Assembly (NCBI RefSeq): GCF_002105155.1
Contig: NW_019028993.1
Coordinates: 1 to 64,000, forward strand
Source of the DNA: Lobosporangium transversale
Taxonomy: Eukaryota
Length of the DNA stretch: 64,000 nucleotides
Direction of reading: 5' to 3'
Every line of letters begins with the position of its first letter. The stretch's first letter is position 1. Shown one piece after another: positions 50,731 through 62,896 of this stretch. Under the pieces are notes generated by a model. That model was not told where the DNA came from. It saw only the letters and a program-made list of their open reading frames with translations, and made no database searches. Both the position numbers and the translations under genes were made by a program.

Positions 50731-51187
50731 GCAGTGCCAATCATCCAACACCGCCACAAATGTACATTATGTGGATGAAAGAGTTACTGCCGGACTCTCG
50801 CTCATATGACACAAAGACAGCACGGAGTTCGTAACATCATATTTTATAATGGCTTTATCTCTACCCTGAAAAAATTGCGGAAGAAGAGTGATCAGTTGTA
50901 ACAGCAAACTTTTGTTATTAAAATAAAGGATTTCTATGGCAACACTAAAATTGCTAAAGCAGATGTGAACCTCAACCAGGGGCTCTTTTTGTGAGGAAGC
51001 AATGAAGGGTGGTTAAAGCTGGCATCTTTTTTTTAGGCATGTGCATATACAAAACTGATGTTCATAACAGAACTCCTTTTTTTTTTTTTTTTTTTTTTTT
51101 TTAGCATGATGCTCCTTAAGCATCTTCTAAGCTGGTATAAAAATGACACATACACAAAAAAAAAAAAAAAAAAAAAAAGATAGTCAA

Positions 51188-52864
51188 ATGTTCCTTCCGT
51201 TCTCGATTTTCACTCTCAACATCATCCTAGCAGTCTTTCAGTTCCTGCTGGTTGCCGTAGTAGGAGCAATCCTTGCCATCTATTCACGGTCCGGTGACCA
51301 GTATGCCAACAGTATCCGATGGAGCCGTCAAGGAGGATACGTGGAGATGATCAGTTCGCTTTACAATTCGTCCTATAGTGTCCCGAGTCGTACGAAATGG
51401 GTCATGGTGGCCACCATCGTGGCAAGTCTTGTAGCTGGTGTGTTAGATAAAGGCGTGGCTCGCTTCATTTCTCCAACAGAAAGACTCATCAGAGGCGACA
51501 GCAAATTAGAAATCATTCCACAGTTCCAAGTACTTAGCCGTGAATATATCTTTAGCGGTTGGTCCACATCAATTCGACATGGTGAAAACATTACAGAGGC
51601 CATGGCTTTGATGATCAATAACACTAGGAACATCCAAACAGCCGAGGTGGGTAGTGGACGGCTGTATATCCCACGATTGACTGACTTCGATATTGTTTGT
51701 GCACAGTCCAGCGTTCATTTTCTGGACGACGAGATTGCCTATCTTTTACTCACCCAGGAGGGGTGCTCTAATGTGTACATCTACTTGTACAACTTACCGT
51801 CTTTCCATTACAACAACACAACTGTTGTGCAGAAATCTCCTCACCGGTGGAGTCTGGTTTATCCAGGAGGGAAAGAGCTCCTTGATGCGAGTCTGGGAAT
51901 TGATTTTAAACAGTCAGACACGCTCTGTACCCTACGCGAATTTGAGGTGTCCTACTTCGGTATCTTTGATGAAGGCGGAGTGAATCGTCTTCCTAGTACT
52001 GTCACTACGAAATGTGTTCGTGAGGACGGTGACGTTTTAGTAATGGCCGCCACCACTGTACGGTTCACTGGGGACCGTCTAGGGTTTAGTAATACCACCA
52101 CAAGATTGTTCCAAGGAACTGATGAGATCTTTCAGGCCATGGACGCGCTCATTAAAATGACAGCTCCGGCCCCAACTAAATATATGTATCATCCTACCAT
52201 TCTAGCCGAGGTGAGGGTCCGTGGGTCCATGATCGATACTGTGATCTGTACTTTTAGAGTCACTGCGGGTATTCCAAAGCCTGTATGTCTGTACTCTGTT
52301 ATCAGCTTCTTGGTCGTGAGACCAAAAGAACAAAGCGTTGCTATTAAAAGAGCAAGAGGTGACGTGCCTTTTTCGTCCACTTCTTCAAGTGCAAAAGCCA
52401 TGGTTATTGAGCATATTCCTTCGATGGCCCATGATGAACGAAATTTGATCTCAATACCTCAGCTCCAGAATGATACAGTGGCTGTGTCTCAATTCATGGC
52501 ATCGCTGGGACAAAACTTTTTTACGGATTACGAATCCCATAGGCTCTATGTGATCTATGACGTCTTTGATCCAGAAAAGGGTCTAGAGATCCCAAAGTGG
52601 TTATTGGTTGTCGTGATCGTGGTCATGGTGGTCTGTTTCTGCGTATGGACCTTGACAGAGTGGCTCCTGGATGGGAAATACACCAGCTCGCTTTACAAGA
52701 CCATTTCTATTCAATTGGGATCCTATAATCAAGTGTCAGCGCCTAGGGTCATGCGAGTGGATGTCAATCCTATGAAGTTTGAAGGCATACTAGTTATACC
52801 TATTCAAGAAGAGATGGAAATGGACAAAGACAATACCATGGCCTTATTGATGGACAGTCCCTAG
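51188..52864 (+). CDS. Uncharacterised 3-TM, six-Cys ectodomain family protein, copy 5 (intronless; starts MFLPFS)
   Basis: RWSRQGGY, SLGQNFF, GLEIPKWL, YTSSLYK. Confidence 0.85.
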   Translation: MFLPFSIFTLNIILAVFQFLLVAVVGAILAIYSRSGDQYANSIRWSRQGGYVEMISSLYNSSYSVPSRTKWVMVATIVASLVAGVLDKGVARFISPTERLIRGDSKLEIIPQFQVLSREYIFSGWSTSIRHGENITEAMALMINNTRNIQTAEVGSGRLYIPRLTDFDIVCAQSSVHFLDDEIAYLLLTQEGCSNVYIYLYNLPSFHYNNTTVVQKSPHRWSLVYPGGKELLDASLGIDFKQSDTLCTLREFEVSYFGIFDEGGVNRLPSTVTTKCVREDGDVLVMAATTVRFTGDRLGFSNTTTRLFQGTDEIFQAMDALIKMTAPAPTKYMYHPTILAEVRVRGSMIDTVICTFRVTAGIPKPVCLYSVISFLVVRPKEQSVAIKRARGDVPFSSTSSSAKAMVIEHIPSMAHDERNLISIPQLQNDTVAVSQFMASLGQNFFTDYESHRLYVIYDVFDPEKGLEIPKWLLVVVIVVMVVCFCVWTLTEWLLDGKYTSSLYKTISIQLGSYNQVSAPRVMRVDVNPMKFEGILVIPIQEEMEMDKDNTMALLMDSP

Positions 52865-53063
52865 CTTTTATTTATTTGTGTATTCCTCTCTTTAGTCTGC
52901 AAATAATAATATAATGTATACTATTAATAACGAACTGCAGACCCGCGGCTTTGTCATAATAATAATAATAAAGCACAGTTCGTAGTAAACGACTGACCAA
53001 CGTACATGTAGTAGATTTACAATGTAGATGTAAAATCAAAAACCCAAACCCCAATAAGCTAGA

Positions 53064-53297
53064 TTCTTCGTCTGTAGCGTGACAGAGCACTTCCTGGATA
53101 AGAAATATACTCGCTCGCTTTACAAGGTCATTTCTATTCAATTGGCGCCTCACAATCAGATATCTGCACCTTGGATCATGCAAGCGGATGTCGAACTTAT
53201 GAAATTTGAAGATGCACCCATTGTATCTATACAGGAGGTGGAAACGAACAAAGACAGCACAAGCAGCGATATGATTTTATTGAGGAGCAGCCTCTAG
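53064..53297 (+). pseudogene. 5'-truncated sixth copy of the 3-TM family (end of last TM and cytoplasmic tail only)
   Basis: FFVCSVTEHFLDKKYTRSLYKVISIQLAPHNQISAP aligns with copy 5 FCVWTLTEWLLDGKYTSSLYKTISIQLGSYNQVSAP; the downstream tttagtct..aaataataa is also shared. Confidence 0.8.
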
Positions 53298-53567
53298 TTT
53301 TTTTCTCTCTTTCTTTCATCTCTTCTTTTCTTTTTCTTTACATGTATATACCCCTTTTTGCTCTTACTCATCCAATTCTTTTAGTCTCTAAATAATAAAA
53401 ACAAATGATAACGATTATGATAACAATAATAATAATACTTGTATTTGTCCATATTATTAAGTGATGAAATGATGAAGGTATTGATAACGAGAATGCAATA
53501 TGATGATGCTGTTATGTGTTATCTGTTTAACTTTTTTTTTTTTTTTTTTTTTTTTTTCCTCCTCTCT

Positions 53568-56150
53568 CTATGCTTTAGATGAATCCGACTTGCTTTTCTT
53601 GAATCCACCATATGCTCCAGGCGCAGATGTAGATGCAGCATTATCACTAGCAGCAACCTTCCTCTTTTTGCTATTGGCGATCATATCCCGCTTATGAGCA
53701 ATCTTCTTCTTGTCATAGGATGACATCGTGTTAATGGAACTACGTCCTAATGGCCTCTGTCGCAGGTTTTTCTTTTGGTTTTTACTAATAGAGAAAAAGA
53801 AAAGAAAATGCAAAGAAATAGAATGTTAAGATCTAGTAATAATCGCAATAATAATAATAATAATAATAAATTGACCATTATCATTCATATCAGATCACTT
53901 ATTTTTTTCTTTTTTTCTTTCTTACCTTGGCTTCTTCATAGCCAACATCCAGTCTGCTACCTCACATCCAGATTCACGCATGACGTTCACAATACTCTTC
54001 AAGTAAGTTTGATCCTCATTTGTGAAGTACGTGATGGCCTCACCACTACGTCCTGCACGACCCGTACGACCGATCCGATGAATATAGGACTGAACTGTCT
54101 GTGGGAAATCATAATTGATCACCAGGTTCACACCCTTGAAATCCACACCACGAGCCATCAACTCAGTCGCAATCAACACCCAGACTTTTCCTTGCCGAAA
54201 ACCCTCAACAATCTTGTCACGTTGAGCCTTTGTTCGTTCTGAATGAATCACATCCACATTGATGCCATCATAAATCAACTCATGAAACAATTCCTTTGCA
54301 CGTTCAATACTCTGGACGAAAATCAGGACAGGTGGTTTAAGCCCCCGTTGGATCTGTTGACGGATCGCAATCAGCTTGCCTTCCTCTGAACCACAGTAGA
54401 TCAATTTCTGTTCAATGGTCTCGGTCGCAGCGTTTTTGGAGCCGATGACGATCCGGACGGGTGAACGCATAAAGGTATTGGCGAGGGCCTCTACACCGGA
54501 GGGGAGAGTGGCACTGAAGAGGGATTTTTGAATAGAAGGGTGTGAACATGCTGCGAAGATCTCGTCCGTCTGTTCCAGAAATCCTTGTTCCAACAGCTTA
54601 TCAGCTTCATCCAGAACCAAGTGACGAACACTAAAAAAAAAAAAAAAAAAAAGTTGTTTTTCCAATTATAAACAAGTAATAGAAAATAAAAAAATGAAAA
54701 AAAGGGTACATTTTTTAAGACGGTTAATATCGAGGACAATTCAGTGTTATGATAGCCTTTTTTTTTTTTTTTTTTTTTTTTTAGTTTTCAGAAGCAAAGA
54801 AAAAAAAAAAAAAAAAAAAAAGACTTACTGATCAAGCTCCATCTTTTCCTGTTGAATAGCATGGACAAGTCGGAGAGGGGTACTGATGAGGATGTCATAT
54901 TTCTGACGGAGATGTGGCGCTTGTCCCTGAGTGGCTGCAGTCGCTTTTGTCAACATACAAATCTTGAATTTCTTTCCAACACTCAACTTCTTGATTTGGT
55001 TGAAGATCTAAATAGGTATAAAAAAAAATATTAATATAAGTTTTCTTTCATCAATTTGCAGGAAATGGAAGAAAGAAAGAAAAAAAGAAAATCAAATCGA
55101 TACTTCATATGAACCATACCTGAGTGGCCAATTCACGGGTGGGGGAGATAATGACTGCTCTGTATCCAACTTTTTCAGGTCCCTTTAAATCATACAAAAT
55201 CGGCAATACAAATGCCATCGTCTTTCCTGAACCTGTAGGCGCCATCGCCATAACATCTCGTCCCTAATAGTATCACGCAGAGAAAAAAATAAATAAAATA
55301 AAAGTATTAGAAATATTAAAAACATTAGAAGAAGCGAAATAAGGAAAAAAGATAAAAGAGAAAAAGTTCTTACGTGAAGGATGACGGGGATGGCCTGCAT
55401 TTGAATAGGGGTTGGTTTTTTAAATCCAGAGGCGAGAATATTCCGTTGAAGATATGGCTCCACTTGATATTGCTTTGCCAGTTCATCAAATGATCGGAAT
55501 GGGTTGGGGATATCGGTTCCATAAACTCTGATCTTGAGATGATTCCGGAACAATGACAATTGTTCCTTGTCTTTAAATTCTGTCGACTCTTCCTCATTGT
55601 TATCTTCTTCTGAACCTTCTTCTGGGTCTTCATTATCCTCACTATCTTCATCATTGTCGCCTTCGCTATCGTCGTTGCTGTTCTCATCCTCTGATTCATC
55701 GCCTTCATGTGTTTGGTCTTCACCACTACTCTCTGCACTTTCATCTTCGCTTTCACTATCGCTCTTGGCTAATGAAGCATATGCATTAAAGAATAAAAAA
55801 TAAAGATCGCCAAATGTATTAGCACATGTTATCATATTATATAGATGGATAGATAGATATTGATGTTTTAAAAGATGGTCGAGCAAAGAAAGCGAATGTC
55901 CTGTGTGCGTGTTATAAAATGTGAAAAAGCACATACTCTTTGTATCCTTCTTCTCCTTTTTCCTCTTCTTTCCCTTTTTGACAATAGATTTCTTATTATT
56001 TTTAAAAAAATCAAGTTCTGTTGCAAGGGCAGCCTCAGTATCGGCATTCAATCCTGTGGGGGCTGCTTTTGGTTGAAAAATCTCGATGTCGTCCTTGAAC
56101 CGCTTCTTATCGAAGCGTGCGCCTCCACCGAGCATGCGGAACAAATCCAT
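53568..56150 (-). CDS. ROK1: DEAD-box RNA helicase Rok1/DDX52 (multi-exon)
   Basis: [75 protein letters not shown]. Confidence 0.93.
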
Positions 56151-56294
56151 TATGTAAGAAAAAAAAAAAAAGGCCGGTTGTTTATTTATAAAAGAAAAGA
56201 AAAAAGGAAAAAAAAAAAAAAAAAAAAGAATGCTAAAATGCTGAAATGAAATGGAGAGATGGTTATAAACGATTGCAAGCATGTGTTTACTTAC

Positions 56295-56328
<34 letters not shown>

Positions 56329-56481
56329 TTTATTGTGACTGCTTGTATTTGACTGTTGATCACTCCTTTCGGAAACGCGCTTTTTGGGCGGAGCCTTTCT
56401 TTTTCATATGGATATTTTATTTTTTTCAGGTACACACACTCTCTCTCTCCTTAACTTGACATCCATTCAACGACATCTACC

Positions 56482-58424
56482 ATGGCAACCATTGCGATGA
56501 GGTTGAGATTCCCACCAGCAACCAGGAATCTATGTCGGTATTTTAGCATCTCTAAGAAGACTTATGGTATCACTGAAAGCATATAAAGTGCATTTATTAT
56601 TATTATTTTTTTTTTTTACAGCAACCATTGCAAGGAGAGCCATTGGCCACTAAAATAATATATATATATATATTTGCGTTGATTCGAAAAAAAAATAAAA
56701 AAAAATTAATAAATAAACATATGTTAGAGCAGGCCAACCCTGTTCGTGGAATGAAGGATCGCTTTGGTGATGAAAACAGACGCTTTCAATGGATCACTGA
56801 CAATGGAGCAAGACTTGCTAGCTTGTATGGATTTGAACAGGTCAGAGGTTTTTCTTTTTTTCTAGTGAAACTTTATTTGATACAGGCTATTACGCTTTAA
56901 TCACAGATTTAACGTTCTAATGATGCCTCATGGAATCAATTCTAGATCACAACACCGATTTTAGAATACTCTCAGGTGTTTGAGCGGACATTAGGCGAGG
57001 ACTCTGATGTCGTGGGAAAGGAACTATATAGTTTTGAAAGCAAAGGAGGTGACAGGTTGACTATGCGTCCCGAAGGCACAGCAGGGATCACTAGAGCATT
57101 GATCAGCCAAAAGTTGCATAACGAATTGCCTCAAAAGTATTATTATCATGGACCCATGTTCAGACACGAAAGACCACAAAAAGGCCGTCTTCGTCAGGTA
57201 AAAGCCCTGCAAAGTTGAAAGATTTTTTTTTTTTTTTTTTTTTTTTTTCTGACAATAAAATACATGCTGATCAATCAGACCTCTACTAATGTGATCTAAA
57301 ATAGTTTGAGCAGTTCGGTATCGAGGTTTTCGGTCAGGGTCATCCTTCATCAGATTTAGAAGCAATTGAACTTGCCTCTGTATTCCTGAAGAGTTTGGGA
57401 CTTGATTCAATTATGGTAAGAGTCGTAGATATCGATCTGTTGCCATATCCTTCAATTGCATCTCTTCTAATTTTTATTATTTTCTGATAAAAAAAAAAAA
57501 AATCCCAACGATATGATCCCCGCCTGCTTTCAGTTGGAGGTCAACTCCATTGGAGATGACGCTTCTAGGAACAAGTACAAGACGGCCTTGAAAGAATACC
57601 TCTCAGAGTACGGGGGTGACCTTTCTCCTGACAGCATCAACAGATTATCAACAAATCCTCTTCGGATCCTTGACTCAAAGGCACCTCAAGATATTCAAAT
57701 TCTGGAGAACAGTCCTATCCTTTCAGATTACTGGAGTCCCCCTTCCCGAGAACGGTTCTCATTTATCACAGAGGCTCTCTCTCATCTTGGGATACCTTTC
57801 ACAGTTAATCCGAGGTTGGTCAGGGGGTTGGATTACTATCAGGACACAGTCTTTGAATTTAAAGTTTCGAGTGCATTGCTTGGAGTTCAACAGAGTACGA
57901 TCTTGGCAGGGGGCAGATATGATGGACTGGTTGAGAAAATGGGTGGGCCAGCAGGGGTGTCGTCTATTGGATGGGCAGCCGGTTTAGAAAGGCTGAGCCT
58001 TTTGTTGAATGACCGAAGCATTCCGTCAAAGCCAAGGCCGGTCGCTATCATCCCAGTCCCAGAGTTTGAATCGACAGTCAACTTGAACGTAAATATGAAT
58101 GTAAACGTAAGCGAAAGCGATAGTAAAGCGAGTGCAAGAACTTTTTCAAGTGCAGAACTACATAGTCGTGCCATGGCCATCAGCTCTTTATTAAGAGAGG
58201 CAGGGATCCAAGTGGAGTTCCTACATCTGGCAGGACCAATCAGTACTCGATCTCAGTTGTTGAAACGATTAGCAAAGGCAGGTAAACTGAATGCGACTCA
58301 TGCGGTGATTCTTGGGATGGATGAGATCCAAAAAGGGGTTGTGACACTCAAAGATTTAGACAAATCTGAGCAGAAGCACTGCCGAGTTGAAGAGCTGATT
58401 AAAGAACTCCGAGGATCGCTTTAA
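56482..58424 (+). CDS. Histidyl-tRNA synthetase, bacterial (HisS)-type, with putative mitochondrial presequence (multi-exon)
   Basis: [62 protein letters not shown]; Arg/Ser-rich exon 1 with no acidic residues, [22 protein letters not shown]. Confidence 0.9.
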
Positions 58425-58471
58425 AAAAGTTACAAGTTTTTGTTAATATGATATTCACGACAAAGAGCTAT

Positions 58472-58520
58472 TGGAGTATGTAGAGTATGTAGAGTAGAGT
58501 AGAGTAGAGTAGAGTAGAGA
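58472..58520. repeat. (AGAGT)n microsatellite
   Basis: Directly visible. Confidence 0.8.
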
Positions 58521-59202
58521 GTGAGTGTGTTTAAGAAAACCAATAGAGGGGGGCTATAAATAAATAGCCGAAAGGAGGGTCGGCCCTTTGGCGCAACAGA
58601 ACCGACCGCAGCATTATTTTGAGTGGATTAAAAGAAAATGTGTGTTTGGTTGATTGGCGTTGGACTACAGTGGCGGTGATGAGGAAAGGCAACGCCCCAT
58701 GAGCTGAGGAGCGATGCATGTACTGTATATGCTGAATATGTACACATGTACATGTAACAAACACAGCAAAAAAGGATAAGGAGTCGACAGGATGGTTACT
58801 GGTGAGAAAGAAGGAGGGAGCAAGGGGAGAAAATAAATAGGAGCAATACGATGTAATAGATGCAACAGAGATACAGACATCCATCGTATATACAATAACA
58901 AATATGCATTGCACCGCATTTTTTTTAGTTTTTCCGTTAAAGAAGGGATAAAATGGAAAAGAAGGGGCGGAGAGAGAGAGAAAGAAAGAAAGAGAGAAAG
59001 AGATTGATAGAGAGAGAGAATAATATATAATTAATAAAATATAATTTAGCATTTAGTTTTTTTTTTTTTTCTTCTTTTTTTCGGTTATAAAACCCAAGTG
59101 GAGCTGTAATACAACTTTTGCTTCTTCGCCCAACCTTCTTTTTTATTTGTCATTCCTTCCTCCTCATTCGCTTCGAATCGAATTACATTCTTCTGATTCA
59201 CA

Positions 59203-60314
59203 ATGGTCAACAACACAAGTACCACCAAGGTCCTTTTTGTATGCCTTGGCAACATTTGTCGCTCCACAATGTACGTTCAGGGTCTGTCCAATGAAAAGAA
59301 AAGCATTTGTTTATTTGCTTATTTGTACAAAACATTTGTTTAAGAAAAAAAAAAAAAAAAAATTGATCTCATGGGACATTCAGGAACAAACGAGATGGAA
59401 TGCAAAAAAAAAAAAAGAAAAAAAAAAAAAAAACTAAGAGTTTCTTCTTTCTTTCATTCCAAAAAGGGCTGAGGCTGTTTTTAACCATGCTCTGGAAAAG
59501 AGAGGCATCGCTGCTGAATTTGAGGTCGATAGTGCAGGCACAGCATCATACCACGTAAGTGCCCCCGGCGGAGACAGGGTCAGGGACAACTTGACACTGC
59601 ATATTAATCAGAGTCCTTTTATGTATATATCATTCATCATTCGCAATAGATTGGATCCAACCCCGATAGTAGATCGATGGAAACATGCCGGAAGAATGGT
59701 GTCTCCATGAATCACAGGGCTCGGCAGGTCTGTCGTGAAGACTTTACAAAGTTTGACTATATCCTTTGTATGGATGAGGAGAATCTAAGAGACCTGAAGG
59801 AAATGGCTCCCAAGGGTCATACTGCAACTAGTAAGCCTTTTTTTGTTTTGTTTTTTCCGGTGTTGTTGTTGGGTGCTGTTGGGTGCTGTTGGGTGCTGTT
59901 GGGTGCTGTTACTTTTCAATGGTGCTCATTCGACCCATGATTCGATATCATAATCCAATTCTCTGTTCTCTATTTGTTGATAACCCATGTTTGGACTAGC
60001 GTCATTTCCCTTGCTCTAAACATACCTCCCTAATTCCTCTTTCCCCTAATTGCTTCTTTTTGTTCTTTGTTTCCCTCCAACGGTATTCAATATACATGTT
60101 TCGTTATTTTGCCCGCACTAATCCAATCTTTTTTTTATATAATATTCATGTTCCTGAATTGAATGAAATAGTCAAAATGTTTGGAACGTATGATCCAAAG
60201 GGCGATCGTATTATCAAGGACCCTTATTATGGTCCACAGGGAGGCTTTGACCGAAACTTTGCTCAATGCACTCGATGCACGGATGCATTCCTCGAGAGCA
60301 TCGGCTACGAATAA
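59203..60314 (+). CDS. LTP1: Low-molecular-weight protein tyrosine phosphatase (multi-exon)
   Basis: VLFVCLGNICRST-MAE P-loop, VDSAGTASYH, FDYILCMD, IKDPYYG. Confidence 0.92.
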
Positions 60315-61577
60315 ATTAAACGGATCTCGTTCCACATCCTCTTTTTTCTTTATTTTTATTTTTCGTCGTTTACCATCATATTCCAATTATTGTATTTTTC
60401 TTTAACCAAATGGCTAATCGCCAAACCTTTTTACCTTTAGCTCTTTCCTAAAACCACATAGAACTATGCAATAAAGTAAATAAAAAAAAAAAATAGAGAG
60501 AAAGAAAAGAAAAGAGATACTTTTTAATTCCACCTGACGCTTTGGTGCCTCTGTTACTGCTGTTACTACTATTGCTATAACGTTACTATTGCCATAACGT
60601 TCTAAATGGTTCCAGTGGGATGAGTCACCGGATTTGGAAAGTGAAAAAGAACGTGCTTTTGCACCTGACATGTAGTCAAGAGATATGTTGGATATTCCAC
60701 ATTTCAATTATTCAGCTCAACTAGCTCAACTACGAAGCTTTTGCGTAAAAAGTAAAAAAGAAAAATGGTAAAAAGGAAGGAAGGAAGGAAAGGGTACAAA
60801 GTATACATGTATATACATGTTTATTTCGGGCAATGTGTGAATAAGGTTGCTTATAACCCCATCAAAGTGCAGGTGTAGGTGCAACGGACAAGTAAATGCA
60901 ACGGACAAGTGGCGTACATGTATATATACTATGTGGATCATGTGGACCATGTATCGTGTGGTATGAGACTGCTCTTCCACTCTGCCATGAATTTTTTTGT
61001 TATTTGAAAGTCAATAAGTCCGAATGAATTAAAAAAAGTTAAATGAATTTTTTTTGTTTCCATGTTCCAATGGGGTATAAAGGTATAATGTGACTTAGAA
61101 AAGAAAAAAGATGTGCGTGCAGATTTAAACTTTTTTTTTTTTTTTTTTTGTTTCTTGACACGGTGGAATCGGGTGTTCCTTTGACAAAGTAAGAATGTCA
61201 AAGGGTCAAAGAGCATAGACCCATTCCACTCCTCCGAAACATCAATGACGATCATATCATCTCAAGGAAACTACAGGAAAGTAATTCTCTCCTCTCTCTT
61301 CTTCCTTCTCTCTTAAAGCGTCTCTTTATTCCCATCATTTTTCTCCTTTCTTTTCTTCTTCACTCTTCTTCTTCTCTCTTTTCTATCCTTTTACTTTAAA
61401 TATTCTCACCTTTCTTTCCTTCCTTTCTTCTCCACTCTTCATCCCTCATCTTTCTCTCTCTCTCTCCTTGTATTTCATTCATCTTTTTTTTTTTTTTTTT
61501 TCTTTACCACTTTATCATTATCATCTTGTAGTCTATTTATCTTGCATTTTCATTCATTATAATATCATATCCCAATC

Positions 61578-62070
61578 ATGTTGGCCAACATTGCCCAGAG
61601 AAACGCTCGCCGCATGGCATCTTCGATCCAGCGCATGGCCACTACTTCCCCCATCTCCATCATCAATAGAGTCTCTCCTGCCTCCGTCAAGACAAATAGC
61701 CCTCTCTCCATCCGCTCTGCTCTCCGCTCGATCCATACAGAGAAACCCCCTGCCAGGACCGTCTTTTCTCCCCTCGATACCTTTGCACGTCGTCATAATG
61801 GCCCTAGTGAGCCCGAGATCAAGGAGATGTTGAGCGCTATTGGACTCAAGGATCTGGATGGACTCACCGGAAAGACCATTCCCGATCGTATTCGCTCCAC
61901 CCGTGCCTTGGCTCTCGATCACGGATTCACTGAAAAGGAAGTCCTGGAGCGCCTAAAGTACATTGCCTCCAAGAACAAGGTCTTCAAGAACTATATCGGA
62001 ATGGGCTACACCGACGTTGTCGTCCCTAATGTCATTCTCAGAAACGTCTTGGAGAACCCTGGATGGTAAG

Positions 62071-62102
<32 letters not shown>

Positions 62103-62864
62103 ATATTGTCTTTCCCCGCAATATTATGTTTCAAAGTTTACAACTCCGGATCAAGACATCAGAACAAAAAGGACGCAACAAAATGGATCGAATGAAGGAA
62201 CAAAAAAAAAAAAAATCATGATCAGCATTACAGTCATCAATCAACACCGATAAACTAAGGTTGAACAAAGGAAAAAGAAAAAAGAAAGCGAAAATGGAAT
62301 AAACCCATCCCTTCTTGCTGGAGCTGCTTTCCCATACAATTTAATCCGATCTGCTCATCATTACATTATGCCTCCTTTTAACTAGGTACACTCAATACAC
62401 CCCTTACCAGCCAGAAATTGCTCAAGGTCGTCTCGAGTCCCTGCTCAACTACCAAACCATGGTCACCGATTTGACTGGCATGTCAATTGCTAATGCCTCG
62501 TTGCTGGATGAGGGAACTGCTGCTGCAGAGGCCATGATCATGTGCTGGACTGCCACCAACCGCAAGAAGAGCACCTTCTTTGTCGATGAGAACTGCCACC
62601 CTCAGACCATTGCCTGTGTCCAGACCCGTGCCGAGGCTTTCAATATCAAGGTCGTTGTCGGTGATCACCGTAACTTTGATTTTGAGGCAATCAAGGACGA
62701 GATGGCCGGTGTTCTTATCCAGGTAAGACTCTACAACTAGTCTTCGTTATTTGTTAAAAAAAGGGGAGAGACTGATGCCAAGCTGACGAGAAGGTAGTAC
62801 CTGTCAGAAAATTAAGGGGAAGGGCAAGAGGAAGAGTGTTGCATATTTGAATGGAGCGAATCGG

Positions 62865-62896
<32 letters not shown>

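Noticed and set aside
52643..53297. Fragment acting as an alternative 3' exon (swappable tail) for family copy 5
   Set aside because: The obvious donor (gtatgg at 52643) joined to nearby acceptors (53062 or 53077) gives out-of-frame products with early stops.
62763..62807. Glycine-riboswitch-like words (GGAGAGA…GAAG…CTGTCAG) in intron 2 of the glycine decarboxylase gene
   Set aside because: Lacks the CCGAAG and CUYUCAGG consensus and convincing P1/P2 stems, and no eukaryotic glycine riboswitch is established. Likely chance; an Infernal search with the Rfam glycine model would settle it.
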